Notes under the pieces: generated by a model | What the model was told of the DNA's origin: nothing | The model's input: only the letters and a program-made list of their open reading frames with translations | Databases searched by the model: none | Assembly: GCA_017444395.1 (NCBI GenBank) | Contig: JAFSWT010000136.1 | Coordinates: 3,795 to 67,794, forward strand | Length of the DNA: 64,000 bases | Source: Schwartzia sp. (in: firmicutes) | GTDB taxonomy: Bacteria; Bacillota; Negativicutes; Selenomonadales; Selenomonadaceae | Direction of reading: 5' to 3' | Shown: in pieces, positions 43,968-52,789 of the stretch | Position numbering within the stretch: position 1 is the stretch's first letter | Layout of the letters: each line of letters begins with the position of its first letter | Position numbers and translations under genes: made by a program

Positions 43968-44096
43968 ATGTGCAGTTGCTCCGGCGGGGTGAAACTCACC
44001 CGGGACAATCTGGATTATTACGAAAAACTCTGGAAAAACCTCTGGCAGCGCCTTCGTCCCGCAGCGGAGACAGCCGAAGAAAAAAGGGAAGATTAA
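43968..44096 (+). CDS. Small ORF (42 aa), hypothetical
   Basis: AAAGGAGGG lies 7 nt upstream of the ATG. It encodes MCSCSGGVKLTRDNLDYYEKLWKNLWQRLRPAAETAEEKRED. It is too short for the ORF track. Its stop lies 20 nt before the next gene. Confidence 0.35.
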   Translation: MCSCSGGVKLTRDNLDYYEKLWKNLWQRLRPAAETAEEKRED

Positions 44097-44116
44097 CGCA
44101 GAAAGGCGGAATTGCT

Positions 44117-44920
44117 ATGCCTATTAAGCCGCAATCGCGAGTGCTCATCGTGGACGATATGCGGGTAAACCGTTTGATTCTCTCGTCGCTCCTGGCCTCC
44201 AACGGCGTCCAGTCGGACCTGGTGGAGAGCGGCGAGGAGTGCCTGGCGCTTTGCCGGAAGACAGACTACGACCTCATCCTGCTCGATCACCGGATGCCGG
44301 AAAGCGACGGCGTGGATACGCTGGTGCAACTCAAGGAAATCTTCCGCAAGTCCGGCCGGGAGATCCCCGTGGTCTGCCATACCACCGAGGACGCCCGGAA
44401 AAACATCAACCTTTACAAGGCAGCCGGCTTTGCCGATGTCCTGATCAAGCCCATCCAGCCCCAGGAGCTCTCCGATATCCTGATGACCTATCTGCCCGAA
44501 GGGAACGCGCCGGACGAGGCGAAGGCCGAAAGCGACCGCGCCCGCACCCGGAAGGAGATTGACAAGCTCCCCGAGTGGGCGCGGGCCATCCCCGGCGTCG
44601 ATCTGGCGCTGGGCATCGAGAACTGCGAGACGGCGGAGGACTATCTCGATGCGCTGGCCGTCTTTGCCGCCTCCATCACGGAGAAGGCCAACGAGATTGA
44701 ACGGTATTTGAGCGAAAAAAACTACAACATGTACACCATCAAGGTTCATTCCCTGAAAAGCATGGCCCGGCTGATTGGCGCCGTCCAGCTCTCCGAGCGC
44801 GCCGCCGACCTGGAATACGCCGGCAAGCATGACGACATCGCTACCCTGCAGGAAGGGACGCCCCCTCTCCTGAAGGAGTACCGGGCCTACACCGAATTTT
44901 TGGCGCGCGCCAACGACTAG
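44117..44920 (+). CDS. Response regulator receiver + Hpt phosphotransfer protein
   Basis: REC motifs are VLIVDDMRVNR...DLILLDHRMPESDG. The Hpt motif is YTIKVHSLKSMARLIGA. The start is trimmed, because the longer ORF runs across the cstA terminator. Confidence 0.8.
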   Translation: MPIKPQSRVLIVDDMRVNRLILSSLLASNGVQSDLVESGEECLALCRKTDYDLILLDHRMPESDGVDTLVQLKEIFRKSGREIPVVCHTTEDARKNINLYKAAGFADVLIKPIQPQELSDILMTYLPEGNAPDEAKAESDRARTRKEIDKLPEWARAIPGVDLALGIENCETAEDYLDALAVFAASITEKANEIERYLSEKNYNMYTIKVHSLKSMARLIGAVQLSERAADLEYAGKHDDIATLQEGTPPLLKEYRAYTEFLARAND

Positions 44921-44926
44921 GGGGGA

Positions 44927-45727
44927 ATGAACCTCATGCCGCGAAGCATAATCTATATTGAAAGCACCCAGCACCTTATCAATCAGGCCATTGAAAACAA
45001 GCTGCGGGAGGCCGGGTTCTTGTTGCATACCGTACCGCCGAACATCGACGCCGTCAATCGCCAGCGCCACACGGCGGACATCATCCTGTACTATCCCGAG
45101 CATGGCGACGCCAAGACGGAACTTTTATTGCAGTACCTTGGCGACCTTTGCCGGGACGAGTACAAGTCACTGTGCCTGATTGGCGACAACGCTTTCATTT
45201 CCCAAATCCGGGAAACAGAAAAGAATTGGATTGCCTACACCTATATCCGCCCCATCGACATGAATGTCATCTCGGCGAACATGGCGAATCTTTCCGGACT
45301 ATACGACGAGTTCCGGCGGCAGAAGAAGGTCCTCATCGTCGATGACGACAGCGACTTCCTCACCATCATGTCCCGTTGGCTGAAGAACAGCTACCACGTT
45401 GTAGGTGTCACCTCGGGGGAAGATGCCCTGGAGTATCTGGCACAGGAACATCCGGACCTCATCCTTCTGGACTATGATATGCCGGATATGGACGGCTATG
45501 AAGTCATGGAACGCATTCGCCGCAGCCCATTGCTGGCCCGTATTCCGCTGATCTTCCTGACCGGCATCAACGACCGGGAAAGCGTCATGCGGATCATCCG
45601 CCACAAGCCGGACGGCTATATGCTGAAATCGATGAAGAAGCTGGAAATCCTCGACATGTTGCAGCGGTTCTTCGCCGAGAGCATCCTCTACCGCAAAACC
45701 AGCAACCTGGTTGCGAGAGGTTTTTGA
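44927..45727 (+). CDS. Double receiver protein (degenerate pseudo-REC + canonical REC)
   Basis: The second half is VLIVDDDSDFL...DLILLDYDMPDMDG...KPDGYMLKS. The first half is REC-like but lacks the acidic pocket (SIIYIEST, ADIILYYPE). ATG 44936 is an alternative start. Confidence 0.75.
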   Translation: MNLMPRSIIYIESTQHLINQAIENKLREAGFLLHTVPPNIDAVNRQRHTADIILYYPEHGDAKTELLLQYLGDLCRDEYKSLCLIGDNAFISQIRETEKNWIAYTYIRPIDMNVISANMANLSGLYDEFRRQKKVLIVDDDSDFLTIMSRWLKNSYHVVGVTSGEDALEYLAQEHPDLILLDYDMPDMDGYEVMERIRRSPLLARIPLIFLTGINDRESVMRIIRHKPDGYMLKSMKKLEILDMLQRFFAESILYRKTSNLVARGF

Positions 45728-45823
45728 GCAAACAAAAAGGGCAGGGGGTTCAATAGCCCCCGCCCTTTCTTTTTACACTATGTAAATCAAATTGCAAAAA
45801 ACCTTCTCATTCCGCCGCGCTGC

Positions 45824-48800
45824 TCAGTCAAAGAACGCGGCAATGCCCATGAGCAATCCGGCCTTGCCCATCGTCTTGAGCAGGAAGCCCTCCGGTTTCA
45901 AACGCTCGGCGTTCTTAACATTTTCCCGGTCGTTTGTCCCCGTGAGGAAACCCACCGCCAGGTCCTTCGTCGCCGGGTTTTCCCGGATTTTCCGGAGGGT
46001 CTGGGCCCCGTTCATCTCCGGCATCTCGTAATCAAGCAGCAGGAGATCCGGCCGTTCCTTTTCCAGATAGCGCAGAGCCTTGGGACCGGAATTCACCGCC
46101 GTAACCGCGTAGTCCTTCCGAAGCCAGCGGCTCACCAGTGCCAGAAAATCCTCATCATCATCCACCAGTAAAATAGTGTGACGTTGGCTGGTGACGACGC
46201 TGCCCCGGCCCTCCTCCGGCCGGGGTTTCGCCGGGGCGGTTTCCAACCGGGCCAGCGGCTCCTCCAGATCACGGTACAGCGTGAGCATGACCTCCGTTCC
46301 CGCTTTTACTGACGCGATATCATGAACCTTGCCGGCGATCTCCATTTCCGCCGCCAAATCCGCCAACTCCTCGGCCCCCACGGAGCGCGCCATGCTCTTC
46401 AAGGCGTGGACCTTCGTCGTGTAAGCCTCGTAATCGCCGCTCCGGTAAAGATGCTCGATCTCATCCGCCCGCGTCCGGATGGAAGCGGCGAAAATCGTCA
46501 GAGCGTCAAGGTATTCCCGATTGCCGCCGCAAAAGGCCACTCCTTTGTCCGGATGAAGCAACGGGACTTCCGAAAGCCAGGGAGGCAGCGGCGTCATGTC
46601 GGCAGAATCGCTTGACACGGCGTAAACCACTTTCTCTGCTGGCAAATGGCGCACCAGCATAGCCTCCAGTTCGTCCACCATGACCGGCTTCGACAGATAA
46701 TCGGAAAAGCCCAGGGCGACGTATTCGTCCCGCGCCCCGGCCATGGCGTTGGCGGTCAGACAAATAATGGGTATCCGGGCGGCCTTTTCCACGTACAGGG
46801 CCTTCAATCGCTCCAGCGTCTCAATGCCGTCCATCTTCGGCATCCGGTGGTCGAGAAACACGAGATCGTATTCGTTTTTGCCGAAGCGCTCCAGGCATTC
46901 CTCGCCGCTGTCAGCGGTATCCACCTGGATTTTCGTGCGCTTCAGCAGGCCGGAGATGACAGCGAGATTCATGGGTGCATCGTCCACCACCAGAATCCGG
47001 GCCGTAGGGGCGGTGAAACTCTCTTTTTTCCGGGCCTGACGGACTTCGGTCTGCTTCAGCGCCGTGTTGAGGTCACCGATTTCTCTCCACTCCGCCACTT
47101 TCTGCCGCAACGAGAAAGAAAAGACCGACCCTTCGCCATAGGTACTCCTGACCTCCAACCGGCTGTCCATGAGGCGCAACAGTTGCTGGGTGATATTGAT
47201 GCCGAGGCCGGTCCCCTCGATTTTCCGGTTTCTTTCGGCGTCGATGCGGTCAAAGGCATTGAATATCTTATGGATATTCTCCTCCTGGATGCCAACACCG
47301 GTATCCTCCACGGAAACGTCGAGGGCAATCTCATCCGTCGCCGTCGGGTGGAACGCCACGGAGAACGTCACGGTGCCCTTTTCCGTATACTTGACGGCAT
47401 TGGTCAGGAGGTTGGTGATGATCTGCTTGACCCGAAGCTCGTCGCCGACCAGGAGGTGCGGCGTCCGGGGATCGACGCTTACCCGCAGGGCGAGGCCCCG
47501 TTCCTCGGCCCGCATCCGGATGAGATTCACCAGGTCATTAACGAGAGAGGCCAGCGCGTATTCCCGGGGCACGATGTCCATCTTGCCCGCTTCAATCTTG
47601 CTGAAGTCCAGAATCTCGTTGATAATGCCCAAAAGGCTCAGGCTGGCGGCATGCGCGTTCTCGGCATAGGTCAGGACGCTCTCGTTGCCGCTCTCCCGCA
47701 GTATCATCTCGTTCATGCCCAGGATGGCATTGATGGGCGTGCGAATCTCATGGGACATCATCGACAGGAACTCCGACTTGGCGGCATTGGCAGAGTTGGC
47801 GGCCACCGCCATATCCTCCAGTTCCTTCGTGGTCTTCTCCAGGAACATGGCCAAACGCTGTTCCAGCGGCGTCGCGCCCTTCCGTCCCAGGCGCTCGGAG
47901 GAAAGCACAACCGGCTGCTTTGTCTCCTCGTCGCTCGCCGCTCCCTCCCGAAGGCCGAAGGACACGATGGCCGAGTTGACGACACCGCCGCCCTGCCGGT
48001 CCAGCATGATGGCGGTAAACCCCCACATCCAGGCCGTCTGAGGCATGAACATCTGATAGGCGGCAATATCGGTGATGGCCTTTTCCCCCAGGAAACGCAC
48101 CCGGTTCTCGCAGATGATGAGGACGAGGGCCTGGGGCGCGAAAGCCCGCATGGATTCGGCATACAGCCGGGTCTGCTCAATGAGACGCCGCGGGCTGCCG
48201 TAAGAGAGTTTTACGGCATCGCCTTCGTTGACCACGGTGGAAAACTCCAGCGAACCGTCCTCGTTGTAGCCGGACGGCGTTCGCACCACCAGCCGGTCCT
48301 TCCGATAGGTGATGAACGGGAACTCCCGGACATTCTCGGTGAAATAGTCGTCGGGCTCCACGCCGAGATATTTACGATAAATCTCAGCGGCCGGAACATG
48401 GTCGATGGAGGTGACGCGGTACGGCCCGCTGGTGCCGGTAATCTCCATTTCCTTGCCGATGGGATTCCAGCCCACGTCGTAATTATAGAATAGATGGAGT
48501 CCACGGCCGTAGAGAATCAGGACAGCAATGCCATAGCCGCTGGGGGCACCATCCTGGAAACTGCCGCAGAGTCTGGGAGTCTCCCCGCCCGCCTGCGTAC
48601 CCAGGATCGGCACCTCGCTGCGGTTTTCCTCCGCGATGGCGACGAGGAACGGGTCGAGCTCCTGCGTTACCCCGGCGGAAAACACCAGCACGCCGGCCAC
48701 ATTCTCCCGGGCATGGAGCGCCTGACGGAACTGCTGACCGGCCTCCTGCATGGTCAGCACGCGGCAGTCGTAGTAAAGAAGATCCACCTTCGCCTGCTCC

Positions 48801-49072
48801 ATCAGGAAAAAGGAATGGACACCACAGACGAAGCCGCTCCGGCCCGACCGCGCAAAACCACCCTGGGTAGCGGTAATCCCCACGATCTTGAGGGAAGGCA
48901 TCACGCCCCGGATACAGGCAATCTTGTCCTGCAGATGAGCCGGATCATCGTCCTGCTCGCTGAAAAGAAGCAGCTTATCCCCTTCACTACGGGCCTCCGG
49001 CATATTCTGAATATCCCGCACGTACTCCAATAATTCCTGGGTGTTATTGGTGATGAGTGTTTTCTGAATCAT
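45824..49072 (-). CDS. Hybrid sensor histidine kinase (FIST sensor-HisKA-HATPase-REC-Hpt-REC)
   Basis: 1082 aa. The H-box is SHEIRTPINAILGM, followed by N/G boxes. REC1 is ILVVDDAPMN...DLVFLDHRMPKMDG. The Hpt motif is YTTKVHALKSMARSVGA. REC2 is ILLVDDDEDFL...DLLLLDYEMPEMNG. The N-terminal 400 aa is FIST-like, and I see no TM segments. Confidence 0.85.
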   Translation of the reverse strand: MIQKTLITNNTQELLEYVRDIQNMPEARSEGDKLLLFSEQDDDPAHLQDKIACIRGVMPSLKIVGITATQGGFARSGRSGFVCGVHSFFLMEQAKVDLLYYDCRVLTMQEAGQQFRQALHARENVAGVLVFSAGVTQELDPFLVAIAEENRSEVPILGTQAGGETPRLCGSFQDGAPSGYGIAVLILYGRGLHLFYNYDVGWNPIGKEMEITGTSGPYRVTSIDHVPAAEIYRKYLGVEPDDYFTENVREFPFITYRKDRLVVRTPSGYNEDGSLEFSTVVNEGDAVKLSYGSPRRLIEQTRLYAESMRAFAPQALVLIICENRVRFLGEKAITDIAAYQMFMPQTAWMWGFTAIMLDRQGGGVVNSAIVSFGLREGAASDEETKQPVVLSSERLGRKGATPLEQRLAMFLEKTTKELEDMAVAANSANAAKSEFLSMMSHEIRTPINAILGMNEMILRESGNESVLTYAENAHAASLSLLGIINEILDFSKIEAGKMDIVPREYALASLVNDLVNLIRMRAEERGLALRVSVDPRTPHLLVGDELRVKQIITNLLTNAVKYTEKGTVTFSVAFHPTATDEIALDVSVEDTGVGIQEENIHKIFNAFDRIDAERNRKIEGTGLGINITQQLLRLMDSRLEVRSTYGEGSVFSFSLRQKVAEWREIGDLNTALKQTEVRQARKKESFTAPTARILVVDDAPMNLAVISGLLKRTKIQVDTADSGEECLERFGKNEYDLVFLDHRMPKMDGIETLERLKALYVEKAARIPIICLTANAMAGARDEYVALGFSDYLSKPVMVDELEAMLVRHLPAEKVVYAVSSDSADMTPLPPWLSEVPLLHPDKGVAFCGGNREYLDALTIFAASIRTRADEIEHLYRSGDYEAYTTKVHALKSMARSVGAEELADLAAEMEIAGKVHDIASVKAGTEVMLTLYRDLEEPLARLETAPAKPRPEEGRGSVVTSQRHTILLVDDDEDFLALVSRWLRKDYAVTAVNSGPKALRYLEKERPDLLLLDYEMPEMNGAQTLRKIRENPATKDLAVGFLTGTNDRENVKNAERLKPEGFLLKTMGKAGLLMGIAAFFD

Positions 49073-49432
49073 AAGCGCTCTGCCCTCTTCCAAACAGCCC
49101 CGTCTCAACCGTCTTGCGGTCGCTCGGCCGATGCTCTCCTTTAGATTTTATCACAAAGAATCGCTGCATTCTATCCTTCCGGCAAAATTTCCTGCGGGTA
49201 CCGCCGGACTATATTTTTACGCGCTGTACGAAACTTTTCCGTTCCGACCGGTCCGAAGGCAGAAAAAGATAGTGAAAACAAGAAAAAACGCTTGAAAGTT
49301 TCCGGCATTTGTTTTATCGTAAAGGGGAAGGGGACACGACCGACCCCCTGACAGCGAAAAAAGGGGCCGATCCCCCAGCGGCCGACGCCGGATTATCCGG
49401 ACGGCACCGCGAATTTACGAGGAGGTATCATC

Positions 49433-49732
49433 ATGGAAATCATAAAAGAACTTGCGGGCACCTCGCTGACCCTGAAACTCTCCGGACGGCTTGACACGGT
49501 TGCCGCCGCGGATTTTGACCGGCAACTCGACGAAATGCTGAACGGCGTGGAAGCGCTCACCCTCGACTGCACCGACCTCGCCTATGTCGCCTCCTCGGGC
49601 CTTAGGACCTTCCTGAAGGCGCAGAAGCGGATGAACAAGCAGGGCCACATGGTCCTGCGCCACGTGAACGAAGCCGTCAAAGAAGTCCTGTCCATGACGG
49701 GCTTCGACGATCTCCTGACCATAGAGAAATGA
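49433..49732 (+). CDS. STAS domain anti-sigma-factor antagonist (SpoIIAA/RsbV-like)
   Basis: 99 aa. It has LKLSGRLDTVAA...LAYVASSGLRTFL, including the conserved phosphorylatable Ser context. Confidence 0.85.
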   Translation: MEIIKELAGTSLTLKLSGRLDTVAAADFDRQLDEMLNGVEALTLDCTDLAYVASSGLRTFLKAQKRMNKQGHMVLRHVNEAVKEVLSMTGFDDLLTIEK

Positions 49733-49744
49733 GGTGCGGGCCGT

Positions 49745-50170
49745 ATGGCAGACGAACTTCGCGTCGAAGCGGCAGTGGAAAACCTGTCGGCCGTAACTGC
49801 CTTCGTGACGGCACCGCTGGCCGTGCTGCACTGCACCCAAAAGGAACGGTTCCAGATTGAGCTCGTGACCGAGGAAATCTTCGTCAACATCGCCAGCTAC
49901 GCCTATCCGGCGAGTAGCGGCTCCGTTGTCATCGAACGCCGGACCATGACAGACCCGCCCGCCCTCTGCCTGACCTTCCGCGACAGCGGCATCCCCTATG
50001 ATCCCCTGCAGCAGGAACCCCCCGACCTGACACTGGAACTGAAAGATCGCCCCATCGGCGGTCTCGGCGTATTCCTGGTCCGGGAAATCGTCGATGAGAT
50101 GCGCTACGAATACCGGGACGGCCAGAATGTCCTGACGCTCACGAAAATCATCCGCCCTGACAGCACTTGA
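49745..50170 (+). CDS. Anti-sigma regulatory factor Ser/Thr kinase (SpoIIAB/RsbW-like HATPase)
   Basis: 141 aa. It has EEIFVNIASYAY and RDSGIPYDPL...GGLGVFLV motifs. Confidence 0.8.
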   Translation: MADELRVEAAVENLSAVTAFVTAPLAVLHCTQKERFQIELVTEEIFVNIASYAYPASSGSVVIERRTMTDPPALCLTFRDSGIPYDPLQQEPPDLTLELKDRPIGGLGVFLVREIVDEMRYEYRDGQNVLTLTKIIRPDST

Positions 50171-50315
50171 CAGGGTGTAAACCCATATTGCCGTCGCTGT
50201 CAATCGATTAGTGGCAAAGTCCTTTTTCCACAAAGAAAAAGCCGGAGAAGAAAGCCCCCGCTTTCCTCCCCGGCTTTTTTGCGCCCGAAAGGGCGATATT
50301 TTGCTCCCGGTTGTG

Positions 50316-51425
50316 TCAATCCGCCCCGCCGCCCGTGTAGGCATTGCAGGTCTCGATGACATACTCTGTCTCTTCCTCCGTCATGCCGTTGAACATCGGC
50401 AGGCTCAGCACCTCGTCCGCCAGTTGCTCGGCAAACGGGAAATCGCCCCGCCGGTGGCCGAGACGCGTGTAGCACGCCGCCAGATGGGGCGGAATGGGGT
50501 AGTGGATGACCGTCTCGATTCCCCGCGCCTTGAGGTAGCGCTGGAAGGCGTCGCGGTCCCGCACCCGGACCACGAACTGGTGCCAGACATGGTCGGCCCC
50601 GGGCCGAAGTTCCGGCAGGGAAATCAGGGGATTGGCGATGCCTTCGAGATAGCGCGCCGCGATCCGCCGGCGTTCGTCGATGAGCGCCGGCAGATGGCGC
50701 AGCTTTACCCGCAACAGCGCTGCCTGCAGCTCGTCGAGGCGGGAGTTCACGCCCTCGATTTCGTTATGGTACTTCACGGCGCTGCCGTAATTGCGGAGCA
50801 TCCGCAACTTTTGCGCCAGGGCCTCGTCGTCCGTCACGATGGCGCCGGCGTCGCCGAAGGCGCCCAGATTCTTCGTCGGGTAGAAACTGAAGCAGCCGGC
50901 GATGCCGAAGGCGCCCGTCATCGTGCCCTTGAAATGCGCCCCGTGGGACTGGGCGCAATCCTCGATGACGGCGAGGCCGTGCTGCCCGGCCACAGCCCGG
51001 ACGCCGTCCATATCCGCCGCCTGCCCGTAAAGGTGCACAACCAGGATGGCCCGTGTCTTCGCCGTAACCGCGGCCTCCAACCGGTTCGCGTCGAGGCCGT
51101 GGCAATCGTCAGGCTCCACGAAGACCGGCGACGCGCCGTTCTCCGTGATGGCGAGAACGCTGGCGATATACGTATTCGCCGGCACCAGCACCTCGTCGCC
51201 GGGGCCGATGCCCAGCGCCCGCACCGACAGCGTCAGCGCGTCGAGGCCGGAGTTCACCCCGACGCAGTACGGCCGCCCGATGTACGCGGCGAATTCCCGC
51301 TCGAAGGCCTCGCCCTCTTTGCCCAGGATGTACCAGCCGGAGCGAAGCGCCCGCAGCGCCGCCGCCTCGTACTCCTCCTGATACAGCCGGAACTGCCGGT
51401 CCAGCACCGCCAGATCAATTTTCAT
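50316..51425 (-). CDS. DegT/DnrJ/EryC1/StrS family sugar aminotransferase
   Basis: It has SGLDALTLSV, DCAQSHGA and SFYPTKNLGAFGDAGAIVT motifs. It overlaps the FdtA-like stop by 11 nt. Confidence 0.9.
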   Translation of the reverse strand: MKIDLAVLDRQFRLYQEEYEAAALRALRSGWYILGKEGEAFEREFAAYIGRPYCVGVNSGLDALTLSVRALGIGPGDEVLVPANTYIASVLAITENGASPVFVEPDDCHGLDANRLEAAVTAKTRAILVVHLYGQAADMDGVRAVAGQHGLAVIEDCAQSHGAHFKGTMTGAFGIAGCFSFYPTKNLGAFGDAGAIVTDDEALAQKLRMLRNYGSAVKYHNEIEGVNSRLDELQAALLRVKLRHLPALIDERRRIAARYLEGIANPLISLPELRPGADHVWHQFVVRVRDRDAFQRYLKARGIETVIHYPIPPHLAACYTRLGHRRGDFPFAEQLADEVLSLPMFNGMTEEETEYVIETCNAYTGGGAD

Positions 51426-51825
51426 GGTCCTGCCCCGCAATCTTCAGAAATTCGTCGTAATCCCGGATGTAATCCTTCTCGTCGTAAGGCTCCGATGCCA
51501 GCACCAGCAGCACCGCGTCAGGGGAGAAGTCGAACATCTCCCGCCACATGTTGTTGGCGACGTACAGGCCCTCGTAGGGTTTCTCCAGATTCACGACCTT
51601 CTTCTCCCGGCCGTTGTCGAGGCGGATCTTGCATTTCCCGTGGATGCAGACCAGGATCTGCTCCAGGGATTTATGGGCGTGATTGCCCCGCACGACGCCC
51701 GCCTTCGTGTCGTACATATAGTAGACGCGCTTCACGCGGAACGGGATGTCGTTGAACTCCTCCAGCGCCACCAGCATCCCCCGCTCGTCGCCGTGGGGCT
51801 GGAACATATATTTTACAACCTGCAA
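51415..51825 (-). CDS. FdtA/WxcM-like sugar 3,4-ketoisomerase (cupin)
   Basis: 136 aa. It has HGDERGMLVALE...FRVKRVYYMYD...RGNHAHK motifs. Confidence 0.85.
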   Translation of the reverse strand: MQVVKYMFQPHGDERGMLVALEEFNDIPFRVKRVYYMYDTKAGVVRGNHAHKSLEQILVCIHGKCKIRLDNGREKKVVNLEKPYEGLYVANNMWREMFDFSPDAVLLVLASEPYDEKDYIRDYDEFLKIAGQDHEN

Positions 51826-51843
51826 AAAAACACACCTCCCGCG

Positions 51844-52785
51844 TCACGCGAGCTTTAGCCGGTAGAAATCATGGACGACGGCCCGGGCTCCGAAGCCTTC
51901 CTTCTGGGTGATGAGACCCTCGTTCAGGTATTGTCCGTCCCGTTCGGTGGAAATCCCGAAATCGAAATACTGCCGGTCCGCGTACACTTCGGTAATCAAA
52001 TGGTCAATGACGCGGTCCAGCGCCCCGGCGGCCCGGCCCTCGTCCGAGTTCGCCATGTACTGCGTATGGACGACGCCGCTGTTTTCAAATATCACGGTCC
52101 CCGCTGCCAGCCGCCCGTCCAACTCCCCCACGTAAAGATGAATGTTCCGGGGGAACCGTTCCGCCAAAAGCGCCAGCTCCGTCCCGGTATGGACGGCCTG
52201 AAGCTGATGGTACTTTTGCAGCACTTCATTTTCCAAGGCGATGAAGGCGTCGTAGTCACGGCTCTCGCGAACCGTGACGCCGTTCTTTTTCCCTTTGGCG
52301 ACCATCCAGGCGCGTCCCTTGAAATACTTGTATCGCTCCGGCAGCCAGATGGCGGAGGAAACATCCCGCCGGATAAGCCCGGCGCCGCTGCGGTACAGGG
52401 CGTAACGATCCTCTTCCGCCGGATAGGCGGCGTAAATCTGGGGCAGGCACTTATAGATGATCTCCGTGCAGCCGCGTTCCGAAAGGTATTGCTTCAGCGC
52501 CGCCACGATTTCCAGCATCAGGGCGGCGGTCATCCGCGAGCCGGTCAGGAACCCGCCGAAGGTGAGCCCGCCGTGGGAAACGACGATTTCCCCGTGGCGG
52601 GAGGCGGGCAAAAGCGCCACCAGCCGTTCTTTCTCGTCGAAAAACAGCAGGGAAGCGTCCTCAAACCGGTCCTGATGATACTCCATATAGCCGCGCTGAA
52701 AGAAGAAATGCGCGTTTTTCGCCGCGGCGGCGAAGGCGTCCCAAGCGGCGCGATGTTCCGGCGCGTAGGGCTTGATCCCGATCAT
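51844..52785 (-). CDS. FemAB-like/GNAT-fold acyl(aminoacyl)transferase candidate
   Basis: 313 aa from MIGIKPY. It has a two-lobed GNAT-like pattern (HFFFQRGYMEY...; VHTQYMANSDEGR). The assignment is tentative. Confidence 0.55.
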   Translation of the reverse strand: MIGIKPYAPEHRAAWDAFAAAAKNAHFFFQRGYMEYHQDRFEDASLLFFDEKERLVALLPASRHGEIVVSHGGLTFGGFLTGSRMTAALMLEIVAALKQYLSERGCTEIIYKCLPQIYAAYPAEEDRYALYRSGAGLIRRDVSSAIWLPERYKYFKGRAWMVAKGKKNGVTVRESRDYDAFIALENEVLQKYHQLQAVHTGTELALLAERFPRNIHLYVGELDGRLAAGTVIFENSGVVHTQYMANSDEGRAAGALDRVIDHLITEVYADRQYFDFGISTERDGQYLNEGLITQKEGFGARAVVHDFYRLKLA

Positions 52786-52789
52786 GGCG

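Noticed and set aside
43730-44116. The N-terminal extension of the 396-aa ORF 43730-44920.
   Set aside because: The extension overlaps the end of cstA and runs straight through the cstA terminator and a promoter. The REC domain begins at the ATG at 44117. The CDS was trimmed accordingly.
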